DNA of 64,000 nt from a candidate division Kazan bacterium GW2011_GWA1_50_15 (GTDB taxonomy: Bacteria > Patescibacteriota > Kazan-3B-28). The translations under genes were made by a program, and so were the position numbers. Positions within the stretch are counted from its first letter, which is position 1; the number at the start of each line of letters is the position of its first letter. Under the pieces are notes generated by a model. That model had not been told where the DNA came from, searched no databases, and saw only the letters and a list, made by a program, of their open reading frames with translations. Below, in pieces: positions 1 through 8,317 of the stretch. The stretch lies in assembly GCA_001029795.1 (NCBI GenBank), contig CP011216.1:418577-482576 (forward strand), written 5' to 3'.

Positions 1-374
1 TCAGCTGATTTATTTAATTCCCGCCGGATATGGTGGAAATTGACCCGGCTGAGTTGGGTTATCAACTGCTGAGCTTGAGCGAACAGCGGTTTGAGGCCAG
101 CGTCCTTAACTCGGTATTCGCCTTTGAGCTGCTTAACGATTAGTTCACTATCCATCCGCACAACTAGTTCGGTGGGTTTCAGTTTAACAGCGATCTTAAG
201 TCCATCGACCAACGCGAGGTATTCAGCTTGGTTGTTGGTGGCCGTGCCAAGATAGCGGCTGGCGGTTTTGATGGGCTTACCACTCGCGTCAGTAACAACT
301 ATGCCGGTGGCTGCCGGACCGGGGTTGCCGCGGGCTCCCCCATCGGTATTGAGATAGAGTTTCACGGGGTTCAT
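1..374 (-). CDS. RNase H (type 1)-like protein, partial; C-terminal end lies beyond the window edge
   Basis: ATG at 372-374 (minus) overlaps the stop of the upstream gene (ATGA); frame stays open to position 1; hand translation MNPVKLYLNTDGGARGNPGPAATG...NNQAEYLAL carries the RNase HI DGG-RGNPGPA and TNN-AEY signatures; missing from ORF track because no stop is in window. Confidence 0.75.
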   Translation of the reverse strand, partial: MNPVKLYLNTDGGARGNPGPAATGIVVTDASGKPIKTASRYLGTATNNQAEYLALVDGLKIAVKLKPTELVVRMDSELIVKQLKGEYRVKDAGLKPLFAQAQQLITQLSRVNFHHIRRELNKSA

Positions 375-1000
375 TGTTCGGTTGGTTGAAAAACTTTCTT
401 TATTATAACGCGAGGGGATAGCTGGATCTCAAAGATGGACGCTTTAGTGATGCCCCAACCCGAACCGACTGACGGCATCAGGAGTTGATTTAATAGTCCC
501 TGAAAAAGAAATGCCATCGGATCGGCGTGAGAGACGAACAGTAGACTCTCGCCAGAATATCTCCGGCACATCTCTTCGAACACCGCCAGCATTCTAGCTT
601 GGGTGATCCGCGGTGCCTCCATCCCATCCACTTGTCGTTCTTGGCTCTCCCAATAGTATTGGCGGCGGCGATGGAAATCATCCATTGAGACAACGCCGGT
701 GGCGATACCCAGATCAACATCCCGCAGACGTTCGTCAGTAACAATGTCTGGATGACCGGGGTTCATATTTAATACAACATCGGCCGTTTGGTGGGTCCGC
801 TCGCGGGGTGAACTAATGATGTGTCGAAGTGAATAGCGGCTAAGCCACTGGCCCGCCTCGCTGGCCTGCTGCCGACCCAGATCGCTCAAGGGGAAACCGG
901 CTAAATTGCCGTACATCACCCTTCTAGGGTTGGTGGGGGTAGCATGCCGCATCACAAAAATCTTTCCTGCGGAACTGGCCATATTCCCAGTGTACCCCAT
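371..1000 (-). CDS. histidine phosphatase family protein (phosphoglycerate mutase-like / CobC-like)
   Basis: N-terminal catalytic motif FVMRHATPT (RHG-type) and C-terminal FVSHADP histidine; alternative ATG at 982. Confidence 0.75.
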   Translation of the reverse strand: MGYTGNMASSAGKIFVMRHATPTNPRRVMYGNLAGFPLSDLGRQQASEAGQWLSRYSLRHIISSPRERTHQTADVVLNMNPGHPDIVTDERLRDVDLGIATGVVSMDDFHRRRQYYWESQERQVDGMEAPRITQARMLAVFEEMCRRYSGESLLFVSHADPMAFLFQGLLNQLLMPSVGSGWGITKASIFEIQLSPRVIIKKVFQPTEQ

Positions 1001-1057
1001 CCGCCACCACGGTTGACTGGACTATACTGAAACTGTACCCTTACGGTTGATACAAAA

Positions 1058-1132
1058 GCCGGAGTAACTCAGTGGTAGAGTAGCTGTTTCGTAAACAGCA
1101 AGTCGCGGGTTCAAATCCCGCCTCCGGCTCCA
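1058..1132 (+). tRNA. tRNA-Thr (anticodon CGT)
   Basis: hand-folded cloverleaf: acceptor gccggag/ctccggc, anticodon loop ttCGTaa, T-arm gcgggttcaaatcccgc, CCA encoded. Confidence 0.85.
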
Positions 1133-1133
1133 T

Positions 1134-1208
1134 CGGGGCGTAGCGCAGTGGTAGCGCGCACCGTTCGGGTCGGTGAGGTCGCAGGTTCGACTCCTGTCGC
1201 CCCGACCA
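1134..1208 (+). tRNA. tRNA-Pro (anticodon CGG)
   Basis: acceptor cggggcg/cgccccg, anticodon stem caccg/cggtg with loop ttCGGgt, T-loop ggttcgactcc, CCA encoded; 1 nt after tRNA-Thr. Confidence 0.85.
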
Positions 1209-1241
1209 AAAAGTCCGAGGATGACCTCGGACTTTTTGGTA
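1209..1241. terminator. rho-independent terminator after tRNA-Thr/tRNA-Pro pair
   Basis: perfect hairpin aaaaagtccgagg-atgacc-tcggactttttggt flanked by A and T tracts. Confidence 0.8.
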
Positions 1242-1603
1242 AAAATAACTGCCCGTCTCCCGGGAGGGGGAGCAGTGAACTTGTCCCGTCTACTCTTAAT
1301 GGTGGAGGTGAGAGCAGGCGACTAGCCCGAGCTAAAAGTGAGGGTTGGCTTTTGCCAACCGCCGATGAGGGAGGAACACACCTCGTTCCTTCCTCATAAG
1401 TATTCAAAACACCACTAGTTTGCCGCTTTTATTTCTGGTTCTGTGGAGACCAGGTGGGTCCCCGCTTCATCTTCCCCCAGGAGGATGAAATAAGGGGTCC
1501 CATAAAATTGGGTGTTGAGCCAAATAACGGCGGCAAATTAATGGTGCTAATTTAATTTTAACACCAAAAAATTAGTGTCAATTAGCTAGTTTGGGGATAA
1601 ATA

Positions 1604-2263
1604 TCAGAGTGGGATAATGCTGGAGCCAACAAACCACTGCATTAAGGCGACCACCGGATCAAGCAGATGGAATAACAGGTTAACTCCCAGTAACCTGTCA
1701 GCAAAGATCAGGAGCAAAAGCAGCACTGGCCCCATCTGTTCCAGCCAGACAATGCGTGCATGACTCACCCCCAGACCGTCTAATATTAAGTAGAGGATCT
1801 TGGAGCCATCGAGGGGCGGGATAGGGATTAGATTGAAAGCGGCAAGAAAAATGTTCAACGTTACAACTACGGCCAGAAAAGTATAGATCTGCCCTTGGGG
1901 CAGAGCCTGATGCGTGATTAAGTAGATGCGTCCCGGGAGAGCCAACAAAAAGGCCAGCAGAAGATTGCTAATGGGTCCAGCAATGGCGACCAACATTTCT
2001 CCCCATCGTCCCCGCTTAACAAAACTAGGGTTATAGGGAACCGGCTTGCCCCACCCAAAACCGACCAGGAATATTAAAATAGTCCCCATCGGGTCGAGGT
2101 GAGCCAATGGGTTTAAGGTCAACCTCCCGGCAGCTCGGGCAGTTGGATCGCCTAGGTTAGTTGCCGCCAAGGCATGGGCGAACTCGTGGACAGTGATAGC
2201 TACCACCAGGGCGACCAAGAAGAAAACAAAGGTGTCGAGCTGCTGGAAAACGGTCAGTAGCAT
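1604..2263 (-). CDS. site-2 protease family (M50) zinc metalloprotease, membrane
   Basis: HEFAH (HExxH) zinc-binding motif in a TM helix, multiple hydrophobic segments, LDGS motif. Confidence 0.8.
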   Translation of the reverse strand: MLLTVFQQLDTFVFFLVALVVAITVHEFAHALAATNLGDPTARAAGRLTLNPLAHLDPMGTILIFLVGFGWGKPVPYNPSFVKRGRWGEMLVAIAGPISNLLLAFLLALPGRIYLITHQALPQGQIYTFLAVVVTLNIFLAAFNLIPIPPLDGSKILYLILDGLGVSHARIVWLEQMGPVLLLLLIFADRLLGVNLLFHLLDPVVALMQWFVGSSIIPL

Positions 2264-2325
2264 AAAAATCTTGTCCTAAACCCAATTTTTATATATCTTG
2301 GAGAGGTCCCCTAAGTAGTTCCATT

Positions 2326-2523
2326 ATGTCTAAAATCTGTTCCATCTGCAACAAAACGCTCTCGACCGGGCACAACGTAAGTCACTCTAAGCGGCGGACC
2401 AAGCGGACTTGGTCGCCGAACCTGACTACAACCACGATCACAGAGAATGGCCGGCGACGGAAGATCGTGGTCTGCACCCGTTGTTTAAAGACCCTATCTA
2501 AACCCCAGCGCGGCAAAAAATAG
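2326..2523 (+). CDS. rpmB: 50S ribosomal protein L28
   Basis: 65 aa, basic, CxxC...CxxC zinc-ribbon variant with GHNVSHS-RRTKRTWSPNL core typical of L28. Confidence 0.85.
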   Translation: MSKICSICNKTLSTGHNVSHSKRRTKRTWSPNLTTTTITENGRRRKIVVCTRCLKTLSKPQRGKK

Positions 2524-2549
2524 ACCCCATCCCCGCTAGTGGCTAGTGG

Positions 2550-3203
2550 CTAACTCACCGGCGTCCCCAGCGCAACTGGTTCTAAGATATCCACCACCGT
2601 CCCCTCCTCTGGCAGGGTGGCTTTGTTGATTGATAGAGTAGATAACCGGCGGGCGGTTGCGCCGAGTTGATGGATGAACTGTTCCGCACCGGCGATGTCA
2701 ATCTTTAGACCTGGAATGGCGAAATGCATCGGAACAACAATTTTTGGTTCCACCTGACGAACAAATTCCACGGCGGCCTCAACTGGCAAGGTGTACTTGC
2801 CCCCAACTGGCAGCAGTAATACATCAATATCCCCTAATGTATCGATTAGCGCGTCATCAGGCAGATGCCCCAAGTCCCCGCAGTGGAGTACGCTTAAGCC
2901 GTCAATAACAAACAGGAACATGATGTTGCCTCCCCGTTCAGCCCCGCCGGACTCATCGTGAAAGGTGCGGATGCCGCGGATGCGGGCTCCTTTAAATTCA
3001 AATTCGCCGGGAGTATCGAACGTAATGGCGGCCGTCACCCCGGCAGTATAGTTGTGGTCGAAGTGGTTGTGGCTGATCGTTAATACGTCAGCAGTGAGCA
3101 CCGGTAGATTCAAACCTGTCTCGGAGCTGAACGGGTCCGTTACTATCGAAACGTCACGACCACGAAGCTGGAAGCATGCATGACCGATCCATTTAATGTC
3201 CAC
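2550..3203 (-). CDS. MBL-fold metallo-hydrolase
   Basis: SHNHFDHN (HxHxDH) metal-binding motif, about 217 aa. Confidence 0.75.
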   Translation of the reverse strand: MDIKWIGHACFQLRGRDVSIVTDPFSSETGLNLPVLTADVLTISHNHFDHNYTAGVTAAITFDTPGEFEFKGARIRGIRTFHDESGGAERGGNIMFLFVIDGLSVLHCGDLGHLPDDALIDTLGDIDVLLLPVGGKYTLPVEAAVEFVRQVEPKIVVPMHFAIPGLKIDIAGAEQFIHQLGATARRLSTLSINKATLPEEGTVVDILEPVALGTPVS

Positions 3204-3278
3204 AGCGACCTCCTCTCCTTTATTCCCCCCACCCTGGTTTCAGTGTACCATAGGTCGTGTAAAGCCCTGGGGATAACT

Positions 3279-3352
3279 GCGGGTGTGGTTCAATGGCAGA
3301 ATGTGGCCTTCCCAAGGCTAAGACGGGAGTTCGATTCTCCTCACCCGCTCCA
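3279..3352 (+). tRNA. tRNA-Gly (anticodon CCC)
   Basis: acceptor gcgggtg/cacccgc, anticodon loop ttCCCaa, T-loop gagttcgattctc, CCA encoded. Confidence 0.85.
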
Positions 3353-3380
3353 ATCGGAAAATCTGGCTACCGGCTAGCAA

Positions 3381-3410
3381 TAAAAAAGCCGCACTCGAGG
3401 GTGCGGCTTA
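3381..3410. terminator. bidirectional intrinsic terminator (tRNA-Gly on plus, membrane-protein gene on minus)
   Basis: hairpin aagccgcac-tcgagg-gtgcggctt preceded by AATAAAAAA (U-tract on minus strand). Confidence 0.7.
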
Positions 3411-3420
3411 CAGTCCCTGG

Positions 3421-3885
3421 TCAGGGGTATGCCAGACTCGCTTTCTCCGTCATAGCTCTTCCGAACGTGACCCATTGGGCATGAATGCGTGACAGGGCTA
3501 GGCTATGGGGAACATCGCGAGGGCAACTCAAAGTCGCGCGCCGCAGGCTGTGGTTCATATGATCATAAATCCTGGCTGGAGTAAGATCTTCACGGTGCTT
3601 GAGCGTATTGACCATACAGGCGTTGATATCGGCAAATATCTGGTTGAGGGCCTCAGGTGCTTGCAGATTCTCTTCCTTGGCTACCCGACGAAAGATCTCG
3701 CCTAGTTCACCGATCAACCATGTTCTCACGCTAGCCGCCGCATGACGATCTAATACTGTGGTGAGAGAAAGCTGAAATTTGGTTGGTTGGTCCTCATGCC
3801 CACGCTGGTGGGCTCTAATAAGACGAACAACCAACAAAACCCCTAGACACAACAGGATGGCAAGGAACGCCAACATAGACATCAC
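3421..3885 (-). CDS. hypothetical membrane-anchored protein
   Basis: N-terminal hydrophobic helix (LAFLAILLCLGVLLVV), no recognisable catalytic motif. Confidence 0.5.
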   Translation of the reverse strand: MMSMLAFLAILLCLGVLLVVRLIRAHQRGHEDQPTKFQLSLTTVLDRHAAASVRTWLIGELGEIFRRVAKEENLQAPEALNQIFADINACMVNTLKHREDLTPARIYDHMNHSLRRATLSCPRDVPHSLALSRIHAQWVTFGRAMTEKASLAYP

Positions 3886-4032
3886 CTCCAGAAAAGTCGG
3901 TACCCGTGTACCTTAACATGGGGAGATTGATGCCGTCAACCCGCGAATTGATCGGAGTGATCCACCGGCCAACGGCCAACAGACTGCCTGTCCAACCGAA
4001 GCATCGGACCATACTCATCTTGTTTCCTCGGG

Positions 4033-4104
4033 TCGGGGTGACAGGACTCGAACCTGCGGCCTCACGCACCCCATGCGCGCGCGCTACCACTGCGCCACAC
4101 CCCG
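4033..4104 (-). tRNA. tRNA-Pro (anticodon GGG most likely)
   Basis: reverse complement folds as tRNA: acceptor cggggtg/caccccg, anticodon loop atGGGgt, T-loop ggttcgagtcc; CCA not encoded; D/anticodon stem register is ambiguous because of GCGC repeats. Confidence 0.7.
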
Positions 4105-4146
4105 ACCCCAAAAGACAAGATGTTGTTGCCGATCCACACCCCAGTC

Positions 4147-4221
4147 TGGTGCTCCTGGAAGGAATTGAACCCTCATCTCTCCCTTAGGACGGGATAGCTC
4201 TATCCGTTGAGCTACAGGAGC
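4147..4221 (-). tRNA. tRNA-Arg (anticodon CCT)
   Basis: reverse complement: acceptor gctcctg/caggagc, D-arm gctc-aacggata-gagc, anticodon loop gtCCTaa, T-loop ggttcaattcc, CCA encoded. Confidence 0.8.
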
Positions 4222-4364
4222 GTTTAATAGAACAAACTAATTGTATAGGGTAAAATCAAGCTGACGGCAAGCACTATTAGGATTATCATCCAAACGGTGC
4301 GTTCCCGATTTTTCTTTTTGCCGGTCATCGTTTCCATTATATATGAGTTGAACAGCTAAATATT

Positions 4365-4940
4365 TTGCAGAGTAGCCACGCCTTTACCCCAGAATTCCCC
4401 GGCCAGCGCGAAGACGAAGAGGTCGTGCTGGTTTTATTCAAACACTGGTACATGGTAGTTACACCAATGGTAAAGGCCATCGGGATCATTCTTCTGTCGT
4501 TCGCCATCCCGATCTGGCTCCATTTCGCCAACTTTATTTTTAGTTACGGTGTGACGACTTCTATCTACTATCTATGGATGGTGTTCTGGATTGGTTATAT
4601 GGTCTACCACTATATTAATTGGTATCGAGATCGATTTATTCTCACTACTCAAAGGCTGATCAACGTCGACCAGCGAGGGATGGTGAATCGCCGGGTGGCG
4701 GAGGTCGAACTAGATAAGATCCAGAACATTACCCACGTGATCGCGGGGGTGTTCCCGACCGTGCTCAATTTTGGTACGGTGATCGTGCAGTCGGCTGGCG
4801 CCAACGATCTTAACTTGGAACAGGTGGCCAACCCGGCGCTGCTCCAGGAAGATATCACCAGGCTGGTCAAAGAAGCTACTGCCGAGAAACCGGTCACTGC
4901 GACTGAACTAATAGAGTTTATTAAAGATCATCGGATATGA
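4365..4940 (+). CDS. membrane protein with bacterial PH-like domain (YdbS/YdbT-like)
   Basis: two N-terminal TM helices followed by a soluble domain; architecture recognised by eye only. Confidence 0.5.
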   Translation: MQSSHAFTPEFPGQREDEEVVLVLFKHWYMVVTPMVKAIGIILLSFAIPIWLHFANFIFSYGVTTSIYYLWMVFWIGYMVYHYINWYRDRFILTTQRLINVDQRGMVNRRVAEVELDKIQNITHVIAGVFPTVLNFGTVIVQSAGANDLNLEQVANPALLQEDITRLVKEATAEKPVTATELIEFIKDHRI

Positions 4941-5452
4941 AGTTGTTACTCAGACTATTGGGGATGATCGCCCTGATCTTGATATTTGTGGTAGCTTATC
5001 TACTGACCACGAATATCTCTAAACAGCCATCAGATTTCAACAATCAGCCCCAAACTATTGGGCAGCTTGGGGGTTTCCACCTGCTGGATGACATCAAAAT
5101 CGAGACCTCGTCTGACGCAAATTTCACCAGGATAGCCATTCTAACCCATCTGAACCGCAGCACAGCTATAGAGGGGCTCGACACCCCACGGACAGAAGCG
5201 GTCCTCGATGGGACCTCTCTCAGGCTCAAGTTTTTCGATACCGCCTTTTCGGACGAGAGTCAGAACGAATATCTACGGGGACATCAGACCATCTCGGTTA
5301 ATTACCCGAGCCGAGCGCAGGAAGTTGCTTTAACTCGGCCCGATGATCAAGACTCCCAGGAAGTTGTAGTTCGTCTGGACCGGCCAACCACGTATCGGCT
5401 GCAACCTGATCCAGAAAACGCTGGCGTTGTTTTCTTGGATATACTAGAATGA
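4937..5452 (+). CDS. hypothetical membrane-anchored protein
   Basis: ATGA overlap with upstream gene; N-terminal TM helix LLGMIALILIFVVAYLL. Confidence 0.5.
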   Translation: MKLLLRLLGMIALILIFVVAYLLTTNISKQPSDFNNQPQTIGQLGGFHLLDDIKIETSSDANFTRIAILTHLNRSTAIEGLDTPRTEAVLDGTSLRLKFFDTAFSDESQNEYLRGHQTISVNYPSRAQEVALTRPDDQDSQEVVVRLDRPTTYRLQPDPENAGVVFLDILE

Positions 5453-5473
5453 GCAGGCTTATTTTTCAGGCGT

Positions 5474-5550
5474 GGGGGCGTAGCTCAGCTGGTTAGAGCG
5501 CTTCCCTGTCACGGAAGAGGTCGCGGGTTCGAGTCCCGTCGCTCCCGCCA
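5474..5550 (+). tRNA. tRNA-Asp (anticodon GTC)
   Basis: acceptor gggggcg/cgctccc, anticodon stem cttcc/ggaag with loop ctGTCac, T-loop gggttcgagtccc, CCA encoded. Confidence 0.85.
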
Positions 5551-5565
5551 CGTCATCAAAACATT

Positions 5566-5600
5566 AAATAGCCCCGGCATGCGCCGGGGCTATTTAATTT
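5566..5600. terminator. bidirectional intrinsic terminator (tRNA-Asp and convergent RRM gene)
   Basis: hairpin atagccccggc-atgc-gccggggctat flanked by AAAT and TTTAATTT. Confidence 0.8.
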
Positions 5601-5610
5601 GAATTGTCGA

Positions 5611-5928
5611 TTACCGACGTCCGAATCCGCCACGACCACCGCGGTCGCCACCCCGGTCACCGCCCCGCTCGGGACGATCACCCATCGGGCGAGCCTCGTT
5701 GACCACGATAGCGCGACCGTCCATCTCGTGACCATTGAATTTCTCAATGGCTGCCATGGCCTCGTCATCGTTTGGCATCTCCACAAACCCAAAACCGCGA
5801 CTGCGACCGGTGAACTTGTCCATCAGGACGGAAGCGGAATCAACCGCTCCGGCGCCCGAGAACAAATCACGCAATTGGTCATCCGTGGTTGTGTACGGTA
5901 AGTTACCGACATAAAGCTTCTTAGCCAT
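5611..5928 (-). CDS. RRM-type glycine-rich RNA-binding protein
   Basis: RNP2 LYVGNL and RNP1 RGFGFVEM motifs, C-terminal RGG/GDRGG repeats. Confidence 0.85.
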   Translation of the reverse strand: MAKKLYVGNLPYTTTDDQLRDLFSGAGAVDSASVLMDKFTGRSRGFGFVEMPNDDEAMAAIEKFNGHEMDGRAIVVNEARPMGDRPERGGDRGGDRGGRGGFGRR

Positions 5929-6107
5929 AAAACCTTGGAATGCTTAACACTGCTATAACTCCCTGTTTTACGACCAAAGGAATGTAGTTGCTTTACGTTC
6001 GGCGCTTTTCACCTAACTTTTTGGAGGATACCCTCACCGCAAACATCCAAACAGGAAAACAATGCCATCATACACTGTTTGCCGTTGCTGTCAAGCAGAA
6101 ACTCGCT

Positions 6108-6758
6108 CTAGGCCTTATCGGGTGGGTTAACGTCCTCCTGTTGATGGAGTTCTATCTCCTGGCGGTATCTGTCGGCTGTTCGGGTATCGCTGGCGGCATC
6201 GTAGTAATCCACCATGGCTCTTAGGATCGAGATGTCTCGGTTGGTAGCCTTCAGGGCGACTAACAGTACCTGAATGATCTTGGGGTGCCTGTCCCCCCGC
6301 TCGTCGGTTGGCCAGCGGTTGTATAAATTAGCCAAGTTGAGATATGAGGTGGGGTTGTCTGGCTGAATAGTGATCGCTTTTTGGTAGGCCCCCTCGGCAT
6401 CTTCGAGCCGGAGCAGTTCGCGGTAAGTATTGCCCAGATTGTTCCAAGGCAAAGCTGCGGCCGGCCGAGTTTGGGCAGCTTTCAAATAGTACTGTTCGGC
6501 CTTATTCAGCTGGGATAAATTATAGTAACCCACTCCGGCCTGCATCATCGCCTCGAAATTATCCGGGTTGCGCCGAAGTTCGATCAGGGCCGCCAAAACG
6601 GTGTTGTAGGCCTTCAACGACCTGGCGCTAAACTCGCCTGGCCCCCAAAACCGATACCAAGTCCCCACCCCAGCCAAAAGCACCAGCGCCAATATCAGCG
6701 GGGCGAATTTACGCCAAAAAGTTTTGAGATGATACGGAAACGGCATATTGCAAATCAC
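6108..6758 (-). CDS. TPR-repeat membrane-anchored protein
   Basis: N-terminal TM helix then degenerate 34-aa TPR-like repeats (A..Y.KA....P....W.NLGN.Y). Confidence 0.6.
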   Translation of the reverse strand: MICNMPFPYHLKTFWRKFAPLILALVLLAGVGTWYRFWGPGEFSARSLKAYNTVLAALIELRRNPDNFEAMMQAGVGYYNLSQLNKAEQYYLKAAQTRPAAALPWNNLGNTYRELLRLEDAEGAYQKAITIQPDNPTSYLNLANLYNRWPTDERGDRHPKIIQVLLVALKATNRDISILRAMVDYYDAASDTRTADRYRQEIELHQQEDVNPPDKA

Positions 6759-6875
6759 CCTGATTTTACTACAACTGACGCACCATGACGATGGAACTAA
6801 CCGCTTTGAACGATGCCTAGAGAGCTAACCCCGGCTAGGTCGTTAAACTAATAAGATATAATGGGCGTAGCTTAG

Positions 6876-8315
6876 TTGTTGCCCTTGTATACTCGAATAT
6901 TCAAAAACGCTACGTTTCTTGCCATTGCCGAGGCTATCAACCGAGCTTCGTCTTTTGTTGTAGGAATATGGTTGGCGCGATATCTGGGAGCGGATGATTT
7001 TGGCCGCTGGACTTTTGTGCTTAGTACGCTGGCGCTGTTTTATATCATCGCTGATCTCGGATTAAGCACCTTGGCCACTCGTGATATCGCCCAACAACGC
7101 GAAAAGTCTTCGCACTACCTGGGTAATCTCTTAGTGATCAAGCTGGTGTTGTCGTTGGTGGCGTTCCTGCTGGTCATCCTGACCATTCCTTGGTTGCGAG
7201 ACGATGCGAGGATCCTAACCATCACCTACCCACTTGGCCTGGCGACATTGATCAATGCCCTCACTCAAACACTCTATGTTACATTCCGCGCGCATGAAAA
7301 AATGTATTGGGAGGCGATCAGTAAAAGCATATCTGGGATAACTACCATTGCGGTAGTCGGGGCCTTGATCGTGGCACGGCTGGGCATCTCACCGTTGGGC
7401 TGGGGGTACGCTTTGGCTAGCTTACTGGTACTCGGGGTCACTACTGTCATCACGTGGCGATTTATCACCACATTCACTCTTAGGTTCGATCGCGACTTCG
7501 TTAAGTACTTGGCTATTGAAACGTGGCCATTTGCCCTGGGGACAGCTTTCGCATCAGTCTACCGCTACATCGATTCGATCATGCTGGGTCGCTTGCGTGA
7601 ATTGGCAGAAGTTGGACAGTATAACGCCGCCTACCGCATTGTTGACGCTATGATCTTGGGTTCCACCTTGGCAGGGGTAGCCATCTACCCCCTCTTGTCA
7701 CGTCTAGCCCACCACCATCAGATAGACAAGCTGCGCCACATCTCCGCCCGTTTAACCAGTCTGTTCGCTACTGTTACTGTCCCAGTTGTGGTGTTAGTGA
7801 TATTGTGGAGCACCACGATCATGCGTTGGATATATGGTAATCAGTACACAGCCGGAACGGCTAGTCTAGCGATACTAGCCGGTACAGCGCTAATATCTTA
7901 TTTGAACGTGGTACCAGTCAAGTTGCTCCAATCTACCCGCCACCAGCGCATCCCAATGTATGCGGCTGGGCTCGGTACGGTTGTTAATATTACCCTGAAT
8001 ATCTTGCTCATTCCTGCCTACGGCATGTGGGGAGCGGCGATCAGCACCCTGTGTGCCTATTTAGCAGTCTTTGCCATCTTGGAAATCCTGTTCTTCCGTG
8101 TTATAAACAGAGGTCGGTTAGGGGTCATCTGGAGGCCCCTGCTGGCTGGCCTAGCCATGGCCACTGCCATCTATTGGATGGTCTTACGAGGACAGAATGG
8201 CCTACTGGCAAGCGGCCTGGGGCTGATGGTTTATATTTTAATCGGTTGGCCAGATATCCAGGCACTCTGGCAGAGTGTGCGGCGCATTAGCGCGTCACCG
8301 GAAAACGAAGATTAG
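6876..8315 (+). CDS. polysaccharide/oligosaccharide flippase (Wzx-like, MOP superfamily)
   Basis: 479 aa with about 12-14 hydrophobic helices; N-terminus resembles Wzx flippases; TTG start, TATAAT at 6857-6862. Confidence 0.7.
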   Translation: MLPLYTRIFKNATFLAIAEAINRASSFVVGIWLARYLGADDFGRWTFVLSTLALFYIIADLGLSTLATRDIAQQREKSSHYLGNLLVIKLVLSLVAFLLVILTIPWLRDDARILTITYPLGLATLINALTQTLYVTFRAHEKMYWEAISKSISGITTIAVVGALIVARLGISPLGWGYALASLLVLGVTTVITWRFITTFTLRFDRDFVKYLAIETWPFALGTAFASVYRYIDSIMLGRLRELAEVGQYNAAYRIVDAMILGSTLAGVAIYPLLSRLAHHHQIDKLRHISARLTSLFATVTVPVVVLVILWSTTIMRWIYGNQYTAGTASLAILAGTALISYLNVVPVKLLQSTRHQRIPMYAAGLGTVVNITLNILLIPAYGMWGAAISTLCAYLAVFAILEILFFRVINRGRLGVIWRPLLAGLAMATAIYWMVLRGQNGLLASGLGLMVYILIGWPDIQALWQSVRRISASPENED

Positions 8316-8317
8316 TT

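Noticed and set aside
1111-1407. ORFs of 98 aa (minus) and 83 aa (plus) in the ORF track
   Set aside because: They overlap tRNA-Thr, tRNA-Pro and their terminator; translations are low-complexity and not protein-like.
3180-3484. Two plus-strand ORFs (65 and 63 aa)
   Set aside because: They span tRNA-Gly and the following terminator hairpin.
3815-4187. ORFs of 98 aa (minus) and 93 aa (plus)
   Set aside because: They overlap tRNA-Pro(GGG) and tRNA-Arg(CCT) on the opposite or same strand; no plausible start context.
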